From IMG/VR virus record IMGVR_UViG_3300005613_000004: a DNA stretch of 64,000 nt, one strand, 5' to 3'. The notes beneath the pieces were generated by a model, which saw only the letters and a list, made by a program, of their open reading frames with translations, did no database searches and was not told the origin of the DNA. This stretch comes from a virus. A program made the translations under genes and the position numbers. How positions within the stretch are numbered: position 1 is the stretch's first letter; every line of letters begins with the position of its first letter. Positions 9,006 to 17,190 of the stretch are shown piece after piece.

Positions 9006-9263
9006 ATCGTTCATCACCTTCGGGTGACGCAAGTAAGTCGCGGAACGGAGCGTTCATCTTATGATTGAAATACTATTATTGGCACATATGTATCAGAAAC
9101 CTCAAATGACTTGTCAGCAAGTCATCGAGGTGGCAGAAACTGTGATGGAGTCTCCATATATGACTCCCAAAGATAAGAAAAATTTTTTCTTTAACTTATT
9201 TGGTAATCACATGAATATGGATTGTATCAAAAAATCATAGGACGCAAACGACTGAAGGAACGG
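9006..9263 (+). ncRNA. Glutamine-I (glnA-motif) riboswitch-like RNA, double/nested architecture
   Basis: P1 CGUUC/GAACG occurs twice. P2 UCACC-UUCG-GGUGA, junction C-GCA, E-loop AGUA(9032-35)/GAA(9254-56), P3 AGUCG/CGACU. This matches the known glnA aptamer pattern CGUU..P2..GxA-AGUA..GAA-G..AACG. Confidence 0.8.
9061..9240 (+). CDS. 59-aa ORF nested inside the riboswitch P2 loop
   Basis: Hand translation: MIEILLLAHMYQKPQMTCQQVIEVAETVMESPYMTPKDKKNFFFNLFGNHMNMDCIKKS*. It is below the ORF-track size cutoff. Confidence 0.65.
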   Translation: MIEILLLAHMYQKPQMTCQQVIEVAETVMESPYMTPKDKKNFFFNLFGNHMNMDCIKKS

Positions 9264-9322
9264 AACTCGGATCACCCTTAAGGGGTTAAAGGAGAAAAAT
9301 CCATTCTTTTAGGAGACCTACA

Positions 9323-9487
9323 ATGAACACACTTAATCTCATCAAAAAAAAGATTGAAAGATCAGCACGTCTGCATGATGCACAAATTCTTCACACTACA
9401 TATCGTGGTGTAAAGTATGAGTGTAAGCAAGAAGATAACGAATTGCATGGCACTTTCTGTTATCGTGGTCAAAATTATACGAAATAG
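9323..9487 (+). CDS. DUF4278-like / GS-inactivating-factor-like YRG peptide (54 aa)
   Basis: AGGAG RBS at 9311-15. MNTLNLIKKKIERSARLHDAQILHTTYRGVKYECKQEDNELHGTFCYRGQNYTK has two YRGxxY motifs. Confidence 0.75.
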   Translation: MNTLNLIKKKIERSARLHDAQILHTTYRGVKYECKQEDNELHGTFCYRGQNYTK

Positions 9488-9522
9488 AGAGAACCTTCAA
9501 AGTTTTCTCTGAACAAATCTAT

Positions 9523-9550
9523 AGGGGGGAATTGATATCCCTCCTTTTTT
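9523..9550 (+). terminator. Rho-independent terminator
   Basis: AGGGGGGA-ATTGATA-TCCCTCCT hairpin followed by a T run. Confidence 0.8.
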
Positions 9551-9581
9551 ATGCTAAAATGTAATCAAATAATAGAGTATT

Positions 9582-9767
9582 ATGGAGAAAGAAAGACTTA
9601 AACTGATCGTTAGAAATCTTGAATTGCTTGTGGATTCACTGAAAGCGGAAGTATATTCTGATGTGGATGCATATAAAACGTCTGCAGACAATTCTAAACT
9701 TCCGGGGATGATTCCAACACTCGATTATGATGAAATCTTTGAGGATGATGATGGATACCCAGACTAA
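9582..9767 (+). CDS. Hypothetical protein
   Basis: 61-aa ORF starting an operon. Confidence 0.7.
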   Translation: MEKERLKLIVRNLELLVDSLKAEVYSDVDAYKTSADNSKLPGMIPTLDYDEIFEDDDGYPD

Positions 9768-9930
9768 AATAAAGAAATCAAAAGAACTCGTAAAATTACT
9801 TGAAAGACTTATAAAGCAAGATCATCTTTATACTGAAGAACGTATTATTGAAATGAAAAATACTCTTCGTAGTGCAAAAGAAGAGATTGAAAAAATGGAA
9901 AAAGAAAACTCTAAAGGATTTGGAAAATGA
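9751..9930 (+). CDS. Hypothetical coiled-coil protein
   Basis: ORF overlapping both neighbours; ATG at 9751 chosen. Confidence 0.65.
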   Translation: MDTQTKIKKSKELVKLLERLIKQDHLYTEERIIEMKNTLRSAKEEIEKMEKENSKGFGK

Positions 9931-10580
9931 ATGTAAAATTAATTAGTGTTACCCCTGATGCTGAAAAAACTATGGGGTATGTTGCGAGGGTATCAAACCC
10001 AAGTAATCAAACAAATCCTAAGGTTGCTGGATTGCTCAAATATTGTGTGAATCATCAACACTGGTCTGTATTTGAGCAGGCATTTATGACACTTGAGATT
10101 GAGACCACAAGAGGTCTGGCAGCACAAATTTTGCGACATAGAAGTTTTACATTTCAAGAGTTTTCTCAAAGGTATGCTGATAGTTCTTTATTAGGAGATA
10201 CTATTCCTCTCCCAGAACTTCGTCGTCAGGATACAAAAAATCGTCAAAATTCTATTGATGATATTGACCCCTTTGTTAAACAGAAATATGAGATTTTGAT
10301 GCAACATCATTTTAGAGATGCTATGGCATTGTATCAAAAAATGCTTGATGAGGGTATTGCAAAGGAATGTGCTCGTTTTGTACTTCCTTTGGCAACACCA
10401 ACACGTCTTTATATGAGTGGATCTTGTCGTAGTTGGATTCATTATATTGCACTTAGGGAAAAATCAGGAACTCAAAAAGAACATATGGATATTGCCAAAG
10501 AATGTAAAAAAATCTTTGCCGAGCAATTTCCAATTTGTGCCGAAGCACTTGGAGGTTTGGATGTAGATTGGGTATTGTGA
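9927..10580 (+). CDS. thyX: Flavin-dependent thymidylate synthase
   Basis: ThyX signature RHRSFTFQEFSQRYA; 'HQHWSVFE'; 'ECARFVLPLAT'. Confidence 0.96.
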   Translation: MNVKLISVTPDAEKTMGYVARVSNPSNQTNPKVAGLLKYCVNHQHWSVFEQAFMTLEIETTRGLAAQILRHRSFTFQEFSQRYADSSLLGDTIPLPELRRQDTKNRQNSIDDIDPFVKQKYEILMQHHFRDAMALYQKMLDEGIAKECARFVLPLATPTRLYMSGSCRSWIHYIALREKSGTQKEHMDIAKECKKIFAEQFPICAEALGGLDVDWVL

Positions 10581-10637
10581 TGTGAAGATCTGTGAATAGA
10601 TCTAAATAATTTTATATAATTTTCGGAGGTGGAAATT

Positions 10638-10886
10638 TTGGCAACATATCCTGTAGTTCATAAAGAAACTGGTGAACAAAAAGAAGTAATTTTAAGTGTT
10701 TATGAATGGCCAAATTGGTGCAATGAAAATCCAGATTGGAAGAGAGATTGGTCTGATCCATCAACTTGTCCTCAACCGGGTGAAGTTGGAGAATGGAGAG
10801 ATAAACTCGTTAATAAAAATCCTGGATGGAACGATGTTCTTGGAAGAGCAGCATCAATGCCTGGAGCAAAAGTTAAAAAGATTTGA
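10638..10886 (+). CDS. Hypothetical protein (TTG start, MATYPVVHKETGEQKEV)
   Basis: GGAGG upstream. The ORF track starts at 10629. Confidence 0.7.
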   Translation: MATYPVVHKETGEQKEVILSVYEWPNWCNENPDWKRDWSDPSTCPQPGEVGEWRDKLVNKNPGWNDVLGRAASMPGAKVKKI

Positions 10887-10889
10887 GAA

Positions 10890-11657
10890 ATGACTAGAAG
10901 AAAAAGATCGTCGGCAAAAGAAGATCAACCAATCGGAGTTGGTCTTACATCAAAAAACGAAAAAAAGAATAAATCACCATATGCTGATTACTTAAGAGAT
11001 GATATAGAACCAAAAACAGATAATCAAAAAAAATTTTTTGATCTGTATGCGGAAGAAAAACATCTAGTTGCTTATGGATGTGCCGGAACAGGAAAAACAT
11101 TTATTACTCTTTATAATGCACTTCGTGATGTTTTAGATGTAAATACACCTTATAGGAAAATCTATCTTGTTAGGTCTCTTGTAGCAACTAGAGAGATTGG
11201 ATTTCTTCCTGGTTCTCATGAGGATAAAGCAGATATATATCAAATTCCATACAAAAATATGGTAAAGTATATGTTTGAATTTACTCCTGGTGCTGATACC
11301 GAAATGCTTTATGGTAATCTCAAATCACAGGAAATCATTAAATTTTGGAGTACATCATTTCTTCGTGGTACTTCACTTGATGATGCAATTATTATCGTAG
11401 ATGAATTTCAAAACTTAAATTTTCATGAATTAGATAGTATTATTACTCGTGTTGGTGATAATAGTAAGATTATGTTTTGTGGAGATGCGATGCAATCAGA
11501 TTTGCAAAAAACAAATGAAAGAAATGGTATCGTAGATTTTATGAATGTCTTGCGTAAAATGCCATCTTTTGGTATGATTGAATTTGGTATTAATGACATT
11601 GTTCGTTCTGGAATTGTCAGAGAATATATCATTGCAAAAATGGAAGCAGGTTTTTGA
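10890..11657 (+). CDS. phoH: PhoH-family ATPase
   Basis: Walker A GCAGTGKT, 'GFLPG', 'FLRGTSL', 'IIVDEFQN', 'CGDAMQSD', 'DIVRSGIV'. Confidence 0.95.
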   Translation: MTRRKRSSAKEDQPIGVGLTSKNEKKNKSPYADYLRDDIEPKTDNQKKFFDLYAEEKHLVAYGCAGTGKTFITLYNALRDVLDVNTPYRKIYLVRSLVATREIGFLPGSHEDKADIYQIPYKNMVKYMFEFTPGADTEMLYGNLKSQEIIKFWSTSFLRGTSLDDAIIIVDEFQNLNFHELDSIITRVGDNSKIMFCGDAMQSDLQKTNERNGIVDFMNVLRKMPSFGMIEFGINDIVRSGIVREYIIAKMEAGF

Positions 11658-12337
11658 TGTTTAATCATATTGATATTAAACTTCCCAGTTTAGAGAGGGA
11701 GACTATTGACGGAGTTCGTTATTATTCTGTCCCTGACGAAGAGGAACTTCTTAAACTAGTTTCTATTACATCAGTGACTAGTCATTTCAATAAAGAGATC
11801 TTTGTAAAATGGCGTAAAAAAGTTGGAAATGAGGAAGCAGATCGTATTACCAAGGCTGCTACAAGTCGTGGTACTGATATGCATACTCTTGTTGAGGATT
11901 ATCTACATAATCGGAATTTATCTGATGTTCAACCTATTTCCGAATTCTTATTTAAGATTTCCAAAAATGATTTAAAAAAAATAAATAATATTCATGCTTT
12001 GGAAGGTTCGCTATATAGTAAGCAGTTAGGTATTGCCGGAACTGTTGATTGTATTGCGGAATACGAGGGTGAGTTAGCAATAATTGACTTTAAAACTTCA
12101 AAGAAACCAAAACCACGAGAGTGGATCGAACACTATTTTGTACAGTGCATGGCATATGGTTGTATGCTGTATGAATTGACAGGTATTTCTGTCAAAAAAC
12201 TTGTAATCATTATGGCCTGTGAAAATGGAGAATGCGTCGTCTATGAAGAACGAGACAAATCAAAGTACATCAAACTTCTTTCCGAATATATTAGAAAGTT
12301 TGTTAGAGATAAATTGGAACTCTATGGAACCGAATAA
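11654..12337 (+). CDS. PD-(D/E)xK exonuclease (phage exonuclease A-like)
   Basis: 'SITSV', 'RGTDMH', 'AGTVDCIAE', 'IIDFKTS', 'QCMAY'. Confidence 0.88.
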   Translation: MMFNHIDIKLPSLERETIDGVRYYSVPDEEELLKLVSITSVTSHFNKEIFVKWRKKVGNEEADRITKAATSRGTDMHTLVEDYLHNRNLSDVQPISEFLFKISKNDLKKINNIHALEGSLYSKQLGIAGTVDCIAEYEGELAIIDFKTSKKPKPREWIEHYFVQCMAYGCMLYELTGISVKKLVIIMACENGECVVYEERDKSKYIKLLSEYIRKFVRDKLELYGTE

Positions 12338-12584
12338 AGAATTAGAAAATGCAATTCAAAGTAAATTTCTAACACCTGCAAAATTTGCAATAGAAATTGA
12401 AAAAATTGTTGCCGAAGAAAATATTAATTATATTGATGCAATTGTTCATTATTGTCAAGTGAATGATCTTGAAATAGAATCGGTAACAAAACTAATCTCA
12501 AAACCACTCAAAGAAAAATTGAAGTGGGATGCTACAAGACTCAACTTTATGAAAAGAACTTCGAGAGCAAAATTGCCTTTATGA
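12324..12584 (+). CDS. gp33: Late-promoter transcription co-activator
   Basis: 'FAIEIEKIVAEENINYIDAIV..KLISKPLKEKL', positioned before gp59. Confidence 0.88.
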   Translation: MEPNKELENAIQSKFLTPAKFAIEIEKIVAEENINYIDAIVHYCQVNDLEIESVTKLISKPLKEKLKWDATRLNFMKRTSRAKLPL

Positions 12585-13180
12585 AAGTGAAACCATTTGA
12601 GGTCTATCAACATTATTTGTCATTAAAAAATCACTTTACAAATCCAAAATATGACTTCTTCAAATATGGTGCTAAAACTAGAGCATCTATTACATCTTTC
12701 AATAAAAGACGTGATAGATATTGGTTTGAAAAAACCAGTCGTAAATATGATAATGAAGAAGTCGTAAAATTTCTTGTATCAAATTTTGCTGCTACCGATA
12801 ACCCACAAAACTTGTGGATAGGAGAAATCATCAATTCTGGAGAAAGAACATATTCAGATTGGATAAAGAGGCAACAGAGTTTGACATACTTATTCAAAGA
12901 ACAGAGTGATGAATTATTCTCGAACAATAAATTGGAAAATGTATTCGATTGTTCGAGAGGACATCCAATTCTATTAAAAAGATATCTTGGTGGAAATATA
13001 AGTCTTGAAACTTTAGTTATATTTGAAAAAATTTTTTCTTTTAAGAATAATTTCGACAAAAAACTAAATGACCCTATATGGGAAAATGTCAGTCTTAAAA
13101 TTTCAAAGTACAAACCCTTTCTAAATAATCTTGATATGTTCAAGTATAAAAAGATTTTAAGGGATATTGTAGATGAGTAA
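12581..13180 (+). CDS. gp59: Helicase loader
   Basis: 'YLSLKNHFTNPKYDFFKY..SFNKRRDRYWFEK'; gp33-gp59-gp32 synteny. Confidence 0.9.
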   Translation: MKVKPFEVYQHYLSLKNHFTNPKYDFFKYGAKTRASITSFNKRRDRYWFEKTSRKYDNEEVVKFLVSNFAATDNPQNLWIGEIINSGERTYSDWIKRQQSLTYLFKEQSDELFSNNKLENVFDCSRGHPILLKRYLGGNISLETLVIFEKIFSFKNNFDKKLNDPIWENVSLKISKYKPFLNNLDMFKYKKILRDIVDE

Positions 13181-13505
13181 CTTTTTTGAATCTGAAATCA
13201 TTCAGGAAGAACTGAGTGAAATAAACAGAATGCAAGAAAAAATTTATGGAAGTCTTATGTCTTTCAGTGCAATGTCTAATGAAGAAAAACTTGAACATAT
13301 TGATTTACTCACAAACTTGCTTGACAAGCAAAAAGTGATGTATACTAGACTTTCTCTTTCAGAAGATCCTCAAGCAATTGAGATGAAAGAGAATCTCCGC
13401 AAATCTGTTGCTCTGATGGGTTTTCCACCAGAGACTGATATGCAAACTTTATTTGATAGTATGAATTCAACTATTAAGTCTCTCAGAGAGTATGTTGACG
13501 GTTGA
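13173..13505 (+). CDS. Conserved cyanobacteria/cyanophage-type hypothetical protein (DUF1825-like)
   Basis: 'FFESEIIQEEL..LLDKQKVMYTRLSLSEDPQA'. Confidence 0.7.
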   Translation: MSNFFESEIIQEELSEINRMQEKIYGSLMSFSAMSNEEKLEHIDLLTNLLDKQKVMYTRLSLSEDPQAIEMKENLRKSVALMGFPPETDMQTLFDSMNSTIKSLREYVDG

Positions 13506-13523
13506 AGCAATCCTTGTTATACT
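13495..13523 (+). promoter_or_regulatory. Sigma70-type promoter for gp32
   Basis: TTGACG, 17 bp, TATACT. Confidence 0.75.
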
Positions 13524-13568
13524 ATCTAAGTAAATTCAACAAATCCAAACAAATCCGAGGTAATCCGA

Positions 13569-14528
13569 ATGTCTTTTGCTGACCTTAAGAAGCAATCTAA
13601 ACTTGGCTCCCTGACTCAGAAATTGGTCAAAGAAGTCGAAAAAATGAATAATGCAGGTAGTGCAGGCGATGATCGTCTGTGGAAACTTGAAGTTGATAAA
13701 GGTGGTAACGGTTATGCAGTTATCCGTTTCCTTCCTGCACCTGAGGGAGAAGATCTTCCTTTCGTAAAACTGTATTCTCATGCCTTCCAAGGTCCTGGTG
13801 GTTGGTATATTGAGAACTCTCTGACTACTCTGGGTCAGAAAGATCCTGTGTCTGAGTATAACACGATGCTGTGGAACAACGGTACTGATGCTGGCAAAGA
13901 TCAGGCACGTAAGCAGAAACGCAAACTGACTTATATTGCAAACATCTATGTAGTCAAAGATCCTGCTAATCCTCAGAATGAGGGTAAGGTAATGCTCTAT
14001 AAGTTTGGTAAGAAGATCTTTGATAAGATCACTGCTGCTATGCAACCTGAGTTTGAGGATGAGGAAGCAATCGATCCGTTTGACTTCTGGCAGGGCGCTA
14101 ACTTCAAACTGAAGGCAAAGAATGTTGCCGGTTATCGCAACTATGACTCTTCTGAGTTTGCTCGTCAAGATTCACTATTGGACGACGATGATGCGATGGA
14201 AGCAATCTGGAAGAAAGAATATTCTTTGGAAGAGTTTACTGGTGCAGATCAATTCAAGGACTATGATACTTTGAAGAAGCGTCTTGATTATGTTCTTGGT
14301 ATTAAGGGTACTCCCAACTTTCAAGACCAAGAGAGTATTGAGGAAGAAGAGGAGTTTCGTGCTCAAAATCGTGGAGATTCCAGTCCTATGCCTCAAAGCA
14401 TGAAAGATGAATTGAACTCTCTAAGTAGTGATAATGGTGGATTTAACGACCCCGATATTGTGCCAAAGAGTTCCGAAAACGATGATGATGATACTCTATC
14501 TTACTTTGCAGCATTAGCAGAAGGTTGA
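13569..14528 (+). CDS. gp32: Single-stranded DNA-binding protein
   Basis: 'NGYAVIRFLPAP', 'WYIENSLTTLG', 'KFGKKIFDKI', acidic tail ending 'LSYFAALAEG'. Confidence 0.96.
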   Translation: MSFADLKKQSKLGSLTQKLVKEVEKMNNAGSAGDDRLWKLEVDKGGNGYAVIRFLPAPEGEDLPFVKLYSHAFQGPGGWYIENSLTTLGQKDPVSEYNTMLWNNGTDAGKDQARKQKRKLTYIANIYVVKDPANPQNEGKVMLYKFGKKIFDKITAAMQPEFEDEEAIDPFDFWQGANFKLKAKNVAGYRNYDSSEFARQDSLLDDDDAMEAIWKKEYSLEEFTGADQFKDYDTLKKRLDYVLGIKGTPNFQDQESIEEEEEFRAQNRGDSSPMPQSMKDELNSLSSDNGGFNDPDIVPKSSENDDDDTLSYFAALAEG

Positions 14529-14530
14529 GT

Positions 14531-15196
14531 TTAGTTGGGGATTGTGACTTTAGTATTTTCGGTACGAATTAGTGATTCATTAATGTATTCTGAAGATAAT
14601 CCATAAGTCATAATCTCCCTCATATCATTCAAAAATTGTTGTAGATATTCTCGTTTTAGTAAAAAGATAGAAGATTTTTCATTATTTTTACGTGTTTCAT
14701 ATGTCCAGTTAGTGATTCCTATCCTAATATCACTACCAGATAAAGAAACATTAGAACCATTATCACTATAATTTAAAGTAAAATCTTCATCAACATCTTT
14801 ACCAGCAGAAAGAATTAATCTATTTTTCGAATCTTTAATTTCTTTTGTCTCATAGTGACGAATATTTGATAAGTTTTCAACACCATATTTTTCTTCTGCA
14901 TATCTGTATAATTGGTAATTAGATAATGGCCATTCATCTCTTACATTAATGATACCGGCAGTTATTAAAACAACCCAATCAAGTTGATCACTGCCATAAA
15001 ATTCCTCTGCAACAATATCAGGTCTTGCACCTTCAGGTATTTCATACCTATTAAAAAGTGTGAAGACATTCTGTAAGTCATCACGTAACTTGTTTCTCCT
15101 GAATAAGTTTTTGACTGTTAGATAGTCTTTAGATGAAATTGCATCAGACAAAAATGACTGATATTCTAAATCTGGTAGTTCTCTAAAGTATCCCAT
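14531..15196 (-). CDS. gp53: Baseplate wedge subunit
   Basis: 'YFRELPDLEY', LysM-like 'RPDIVAEEFYG..LDWVVL', 'WPLS'. Confidence 0.88.
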   Translation of the reverse strand: MGYFRELPDLEYQSFLSDAISSKDYLTVKNLFRRNKLRDDLQNVFTLFNRYEIPEGARPDIVAEEFYGSDQLDWVVLITAGIINVRDEWPLSNYQLYRYAEEKYGVENLSNIRHYETKEIKDSKNRLILSAGKDVDEDFTLNYSDNGSNVSLSGSDIRIGITNWTYETRKNNEKSSIFLLKREYLQQFLNDMREIMTYGLSSEYINESLIRTENTKVTIPN

Positions 15197-15198
15197 TT

Positions 15199-16299
15199 TT
15201 AGTATCCTACTGTGGTATCTGTCTCAGCATAATCAACATCATAAATTGGTTGAAGTTCTTTAAATTGTAATGTCATTATCATTGATATTGGCTCACCCTC
15301 CTCATAAGTAGCATAAGTACCTTCTCCAGTATAATTCACCGCCATATTTTCCAAAAAGCACTGCTTAAATCTATTTAAGTATGGATGGTTTTCAGATCCT
15401 TTTTTATACGACAATTCAAAGACACTTGGTGTACCCAAATAAGTAGCACTAACATTAGAACCAGCACCACTTGTTGTTGTCTTTGGCGCCATATATTGTT
15501 TAAACACTCTTATAATATTTTTAACTTCTTCTGATTCATCTGAAGTTCTAGGAGTAAATTTAAAAGAAAACCCAAATCCACGTAATGTTGGACCATTAAA
15601 TAAAAGTTCCATATTTGGATTAAATATTACTCCCTGTTCCCTTGCAAGTAATTGATTTATGGATACATTTCCACCAAAAACTGCAATTGCCTGTGATGCA
15701 AAATATTTTGTTGCCAAAGATTGCAGTCCTGCTGTTCCTCCAAACGCATCTAATTTGTTTTCTAATGCCTCTTCAACTTTACCTTTTGCAGCTGCTGCCG
15801 TATCACTAAAATTTTGAGTAAATAAACCCTGCCCTACATCCATAACCTCCGTAATTCCCTTAAGTGCCGTTGCAGTAATCGTATTCATATTTGAGTCTGA
15901 ATATGATACTGTATTGCCATCTTGAACATTTGATGGCATAGGTAAAATTATATCTTGCAATATACTTTTACTACTTTTTTCATTTTGCCTCCTTGTTGAA
16001 TCACTTACAAGTCCTCCTCCTATTGGTTCATAATCAAGCACTTTTATATGTAAATAATCAGTATTTTCATTCAATACTGCAAGGGGATATCTCAATATTT
16101 GTTTATTTTTTGGATTTTTCTTTTTTGTTTCTCTTCTTTTAAATTTTTCTAAGTCAAGTTTGTATTCTACATTTTCGGCAGGTATTTGTTTCGGAACACT
16201 TAATTGCCCAGTGCCAATTTCTACAGATTCTTGAAAATCAGGTCCTCCTCCGACCTCCGTTCCTATTAGGGGATTAGAATTTGCATATGGGATTTCCAT
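15199..16299 (-). CDS. gp48: Baseplate tail-tube cap
   Basis: 'LPMPSNVQDGN', 'NPNMELLFNGPTLRGFGFSFKFTP', 'F.ELQPI'. Confidence 0.85.
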   Translation of the reverse strand: MEIPYANSNPLIGTEVGGGPDFQESVEIGTGQLSVPKQIPAENVEYKLDLEKFKRRETKKKNPKNKQILRYPLAVLNENTDYLHIKVLDYEPIGGGLVSDSTRRQNEKSSKSILQDIILPMPSNVQDGNTVSYSDSNMNTITATALKGITEVMDVGQGLFTQNFSDTAAAAKGKVEEALENKLDAFGGTAGLQSLATKYFASQAIAVFGGNVSINQLLAREQGVIFNPNMELLFNGPTLRGFGFSFKFTPRTSDESEEVKNIIRVFKQYMAPKTTTSGAGSNVSATYLGTPSVFELSYKKGSENHPYLNRFKQCFLENMAVNYTGEGTYATYEEGEPISMIMTLQFKELQPIYDVDYAETDTTVGY

Positions 16300-16319
16300 T
16301 TATATTTTTCCCTTTTTAG

Positions 16320-16712
16320 TTATTTAGATCGAACTTTAGCAAAACCGAGTTCTATGACATCGGACATTTCTTCTGGATAGATTTCGTAGAGTCCACCAAT
16401 GATTTGATTGTAATCATATTGCCTTCTATCACCCCAGTGGAAGTTAATCCCACGAAATCCCCAAGTATAAACATCAGTCACACCTACGAGAGGATGTTGA
16501 TCGTATTGAATTCCTGGTGTTTTTGCATTATAAAAGAATGTATAATATTTATCAACTTGTGGAATTTTTCCACCTTCAGACAAAACACTGATGAGTTCTG
16601 TCATAATATCATCAACTTTTTCTGTGCCAATCAAACCACGAACAACACCACGCACACGATTTTCTTGATCATCTGTTGGATTTCTTCTTTGTTTGAGTGT
16701 CTTTCTTGGCAT
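16320..16712 (-). CDS. gp2: DNA end protector-like protein
   Basis: 'YYTFFYNAKT..YDQHPLV..GFRGINFHW', adjacent to gp4. Confidence 0.7.
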   Translation of the reverse strand: MPRKTLKQRRNPTDDQENRVRGVVRGLIGTEKVDDIMTELISVLSEGGKIPQVDKYYTFFYNAKTPGIQYDQHPLVGVTDVYTWGFRGINFHWGDRRQYDYNQIIGGLYEIYPEEMSDVIELGFAKVRSK

Positions 16713-17149
16713 TACTTAATACCGAGTTCGTTTTCTGTAAGAACTTTAAACTCATAACCACGATCTAAACACCATTCTTTAGCAGCATTCCATTTTGCCT
16801 GATTTTTGGCATATTCAACAACTTCATAGATATAACCCTTTGTCTTTCTCTTTTGGACTTTGGGTTCAATACACTGCTTATATGGTTTAATCTCAATAAT
16901 CATTTTTTTAATCTTACCATTATTCTCTTTAACCTTGATATAAAAATCAGGGAAGTATCTGTGGTATCGATTATCAACTGGAGAACGATAGGGGACAATA
17001 ATTTCTTCACTCCCCCATTCTAAAATATTTTCATTCATATCACAATCTCTCATAAATTTACGCTCCCATAAGGAACGATAAATGATATTGTTTGGATCAC
17101 CTTTATACTTTCTAGGATAAGATGGTTTGTAATATCCCTTATATGACAT
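16712..17149 (-). CDS. gp4: Head completion nuclease
   Basis: 'YKGDPNNIIYRSLWE', 'RYFPDFYIK', 'IEIKP', 'AKWNAAKEWC'. Confidence 0.92.
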   Translation of the reverse strand: MSYKGYYKPSYPRKYKGDPNNIIYRSLWERKFMRDCDMNENILEWGSEEIIVPYRSPVDNRYHRYFPDFYIKVKENNGKIKKMIIEIKPYKQCIEPKVQKRKTKGYIYEVVEYAKNQAKWNAAKEWCLDRGYEFKVLTENELGIK

Positions 17150-17189
17150 CTAAATAACTAATAATAAAGTAGTCGTATAGGTATTTATA
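17149..17189. promoter_or_regulatory. Overlapping divergent late promoters
   Basis: TCTAAATA on + (17149-56) and exact TATAAATA on - (17182-89), between divergent structural operons. Confidence 0.7.
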
Positions 17190-17190
17190 G

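Noticed and set aside
9927-10580. Group I intron in thyX or other core genes
   Set aside because: The reading frames are intact and of normal length, with no intron core seen.
11654-12337. Cas4/CRISPR adaptation gene
   Set aside because: It lacks the Fe-S cysteines and sits in the usual phoH-exonuclease-gp33 context of T4-like phages.
13536-14168. 210-aa minus-strand ORF
   Set aside because: Antisense to gp32, which has biased codon usage.
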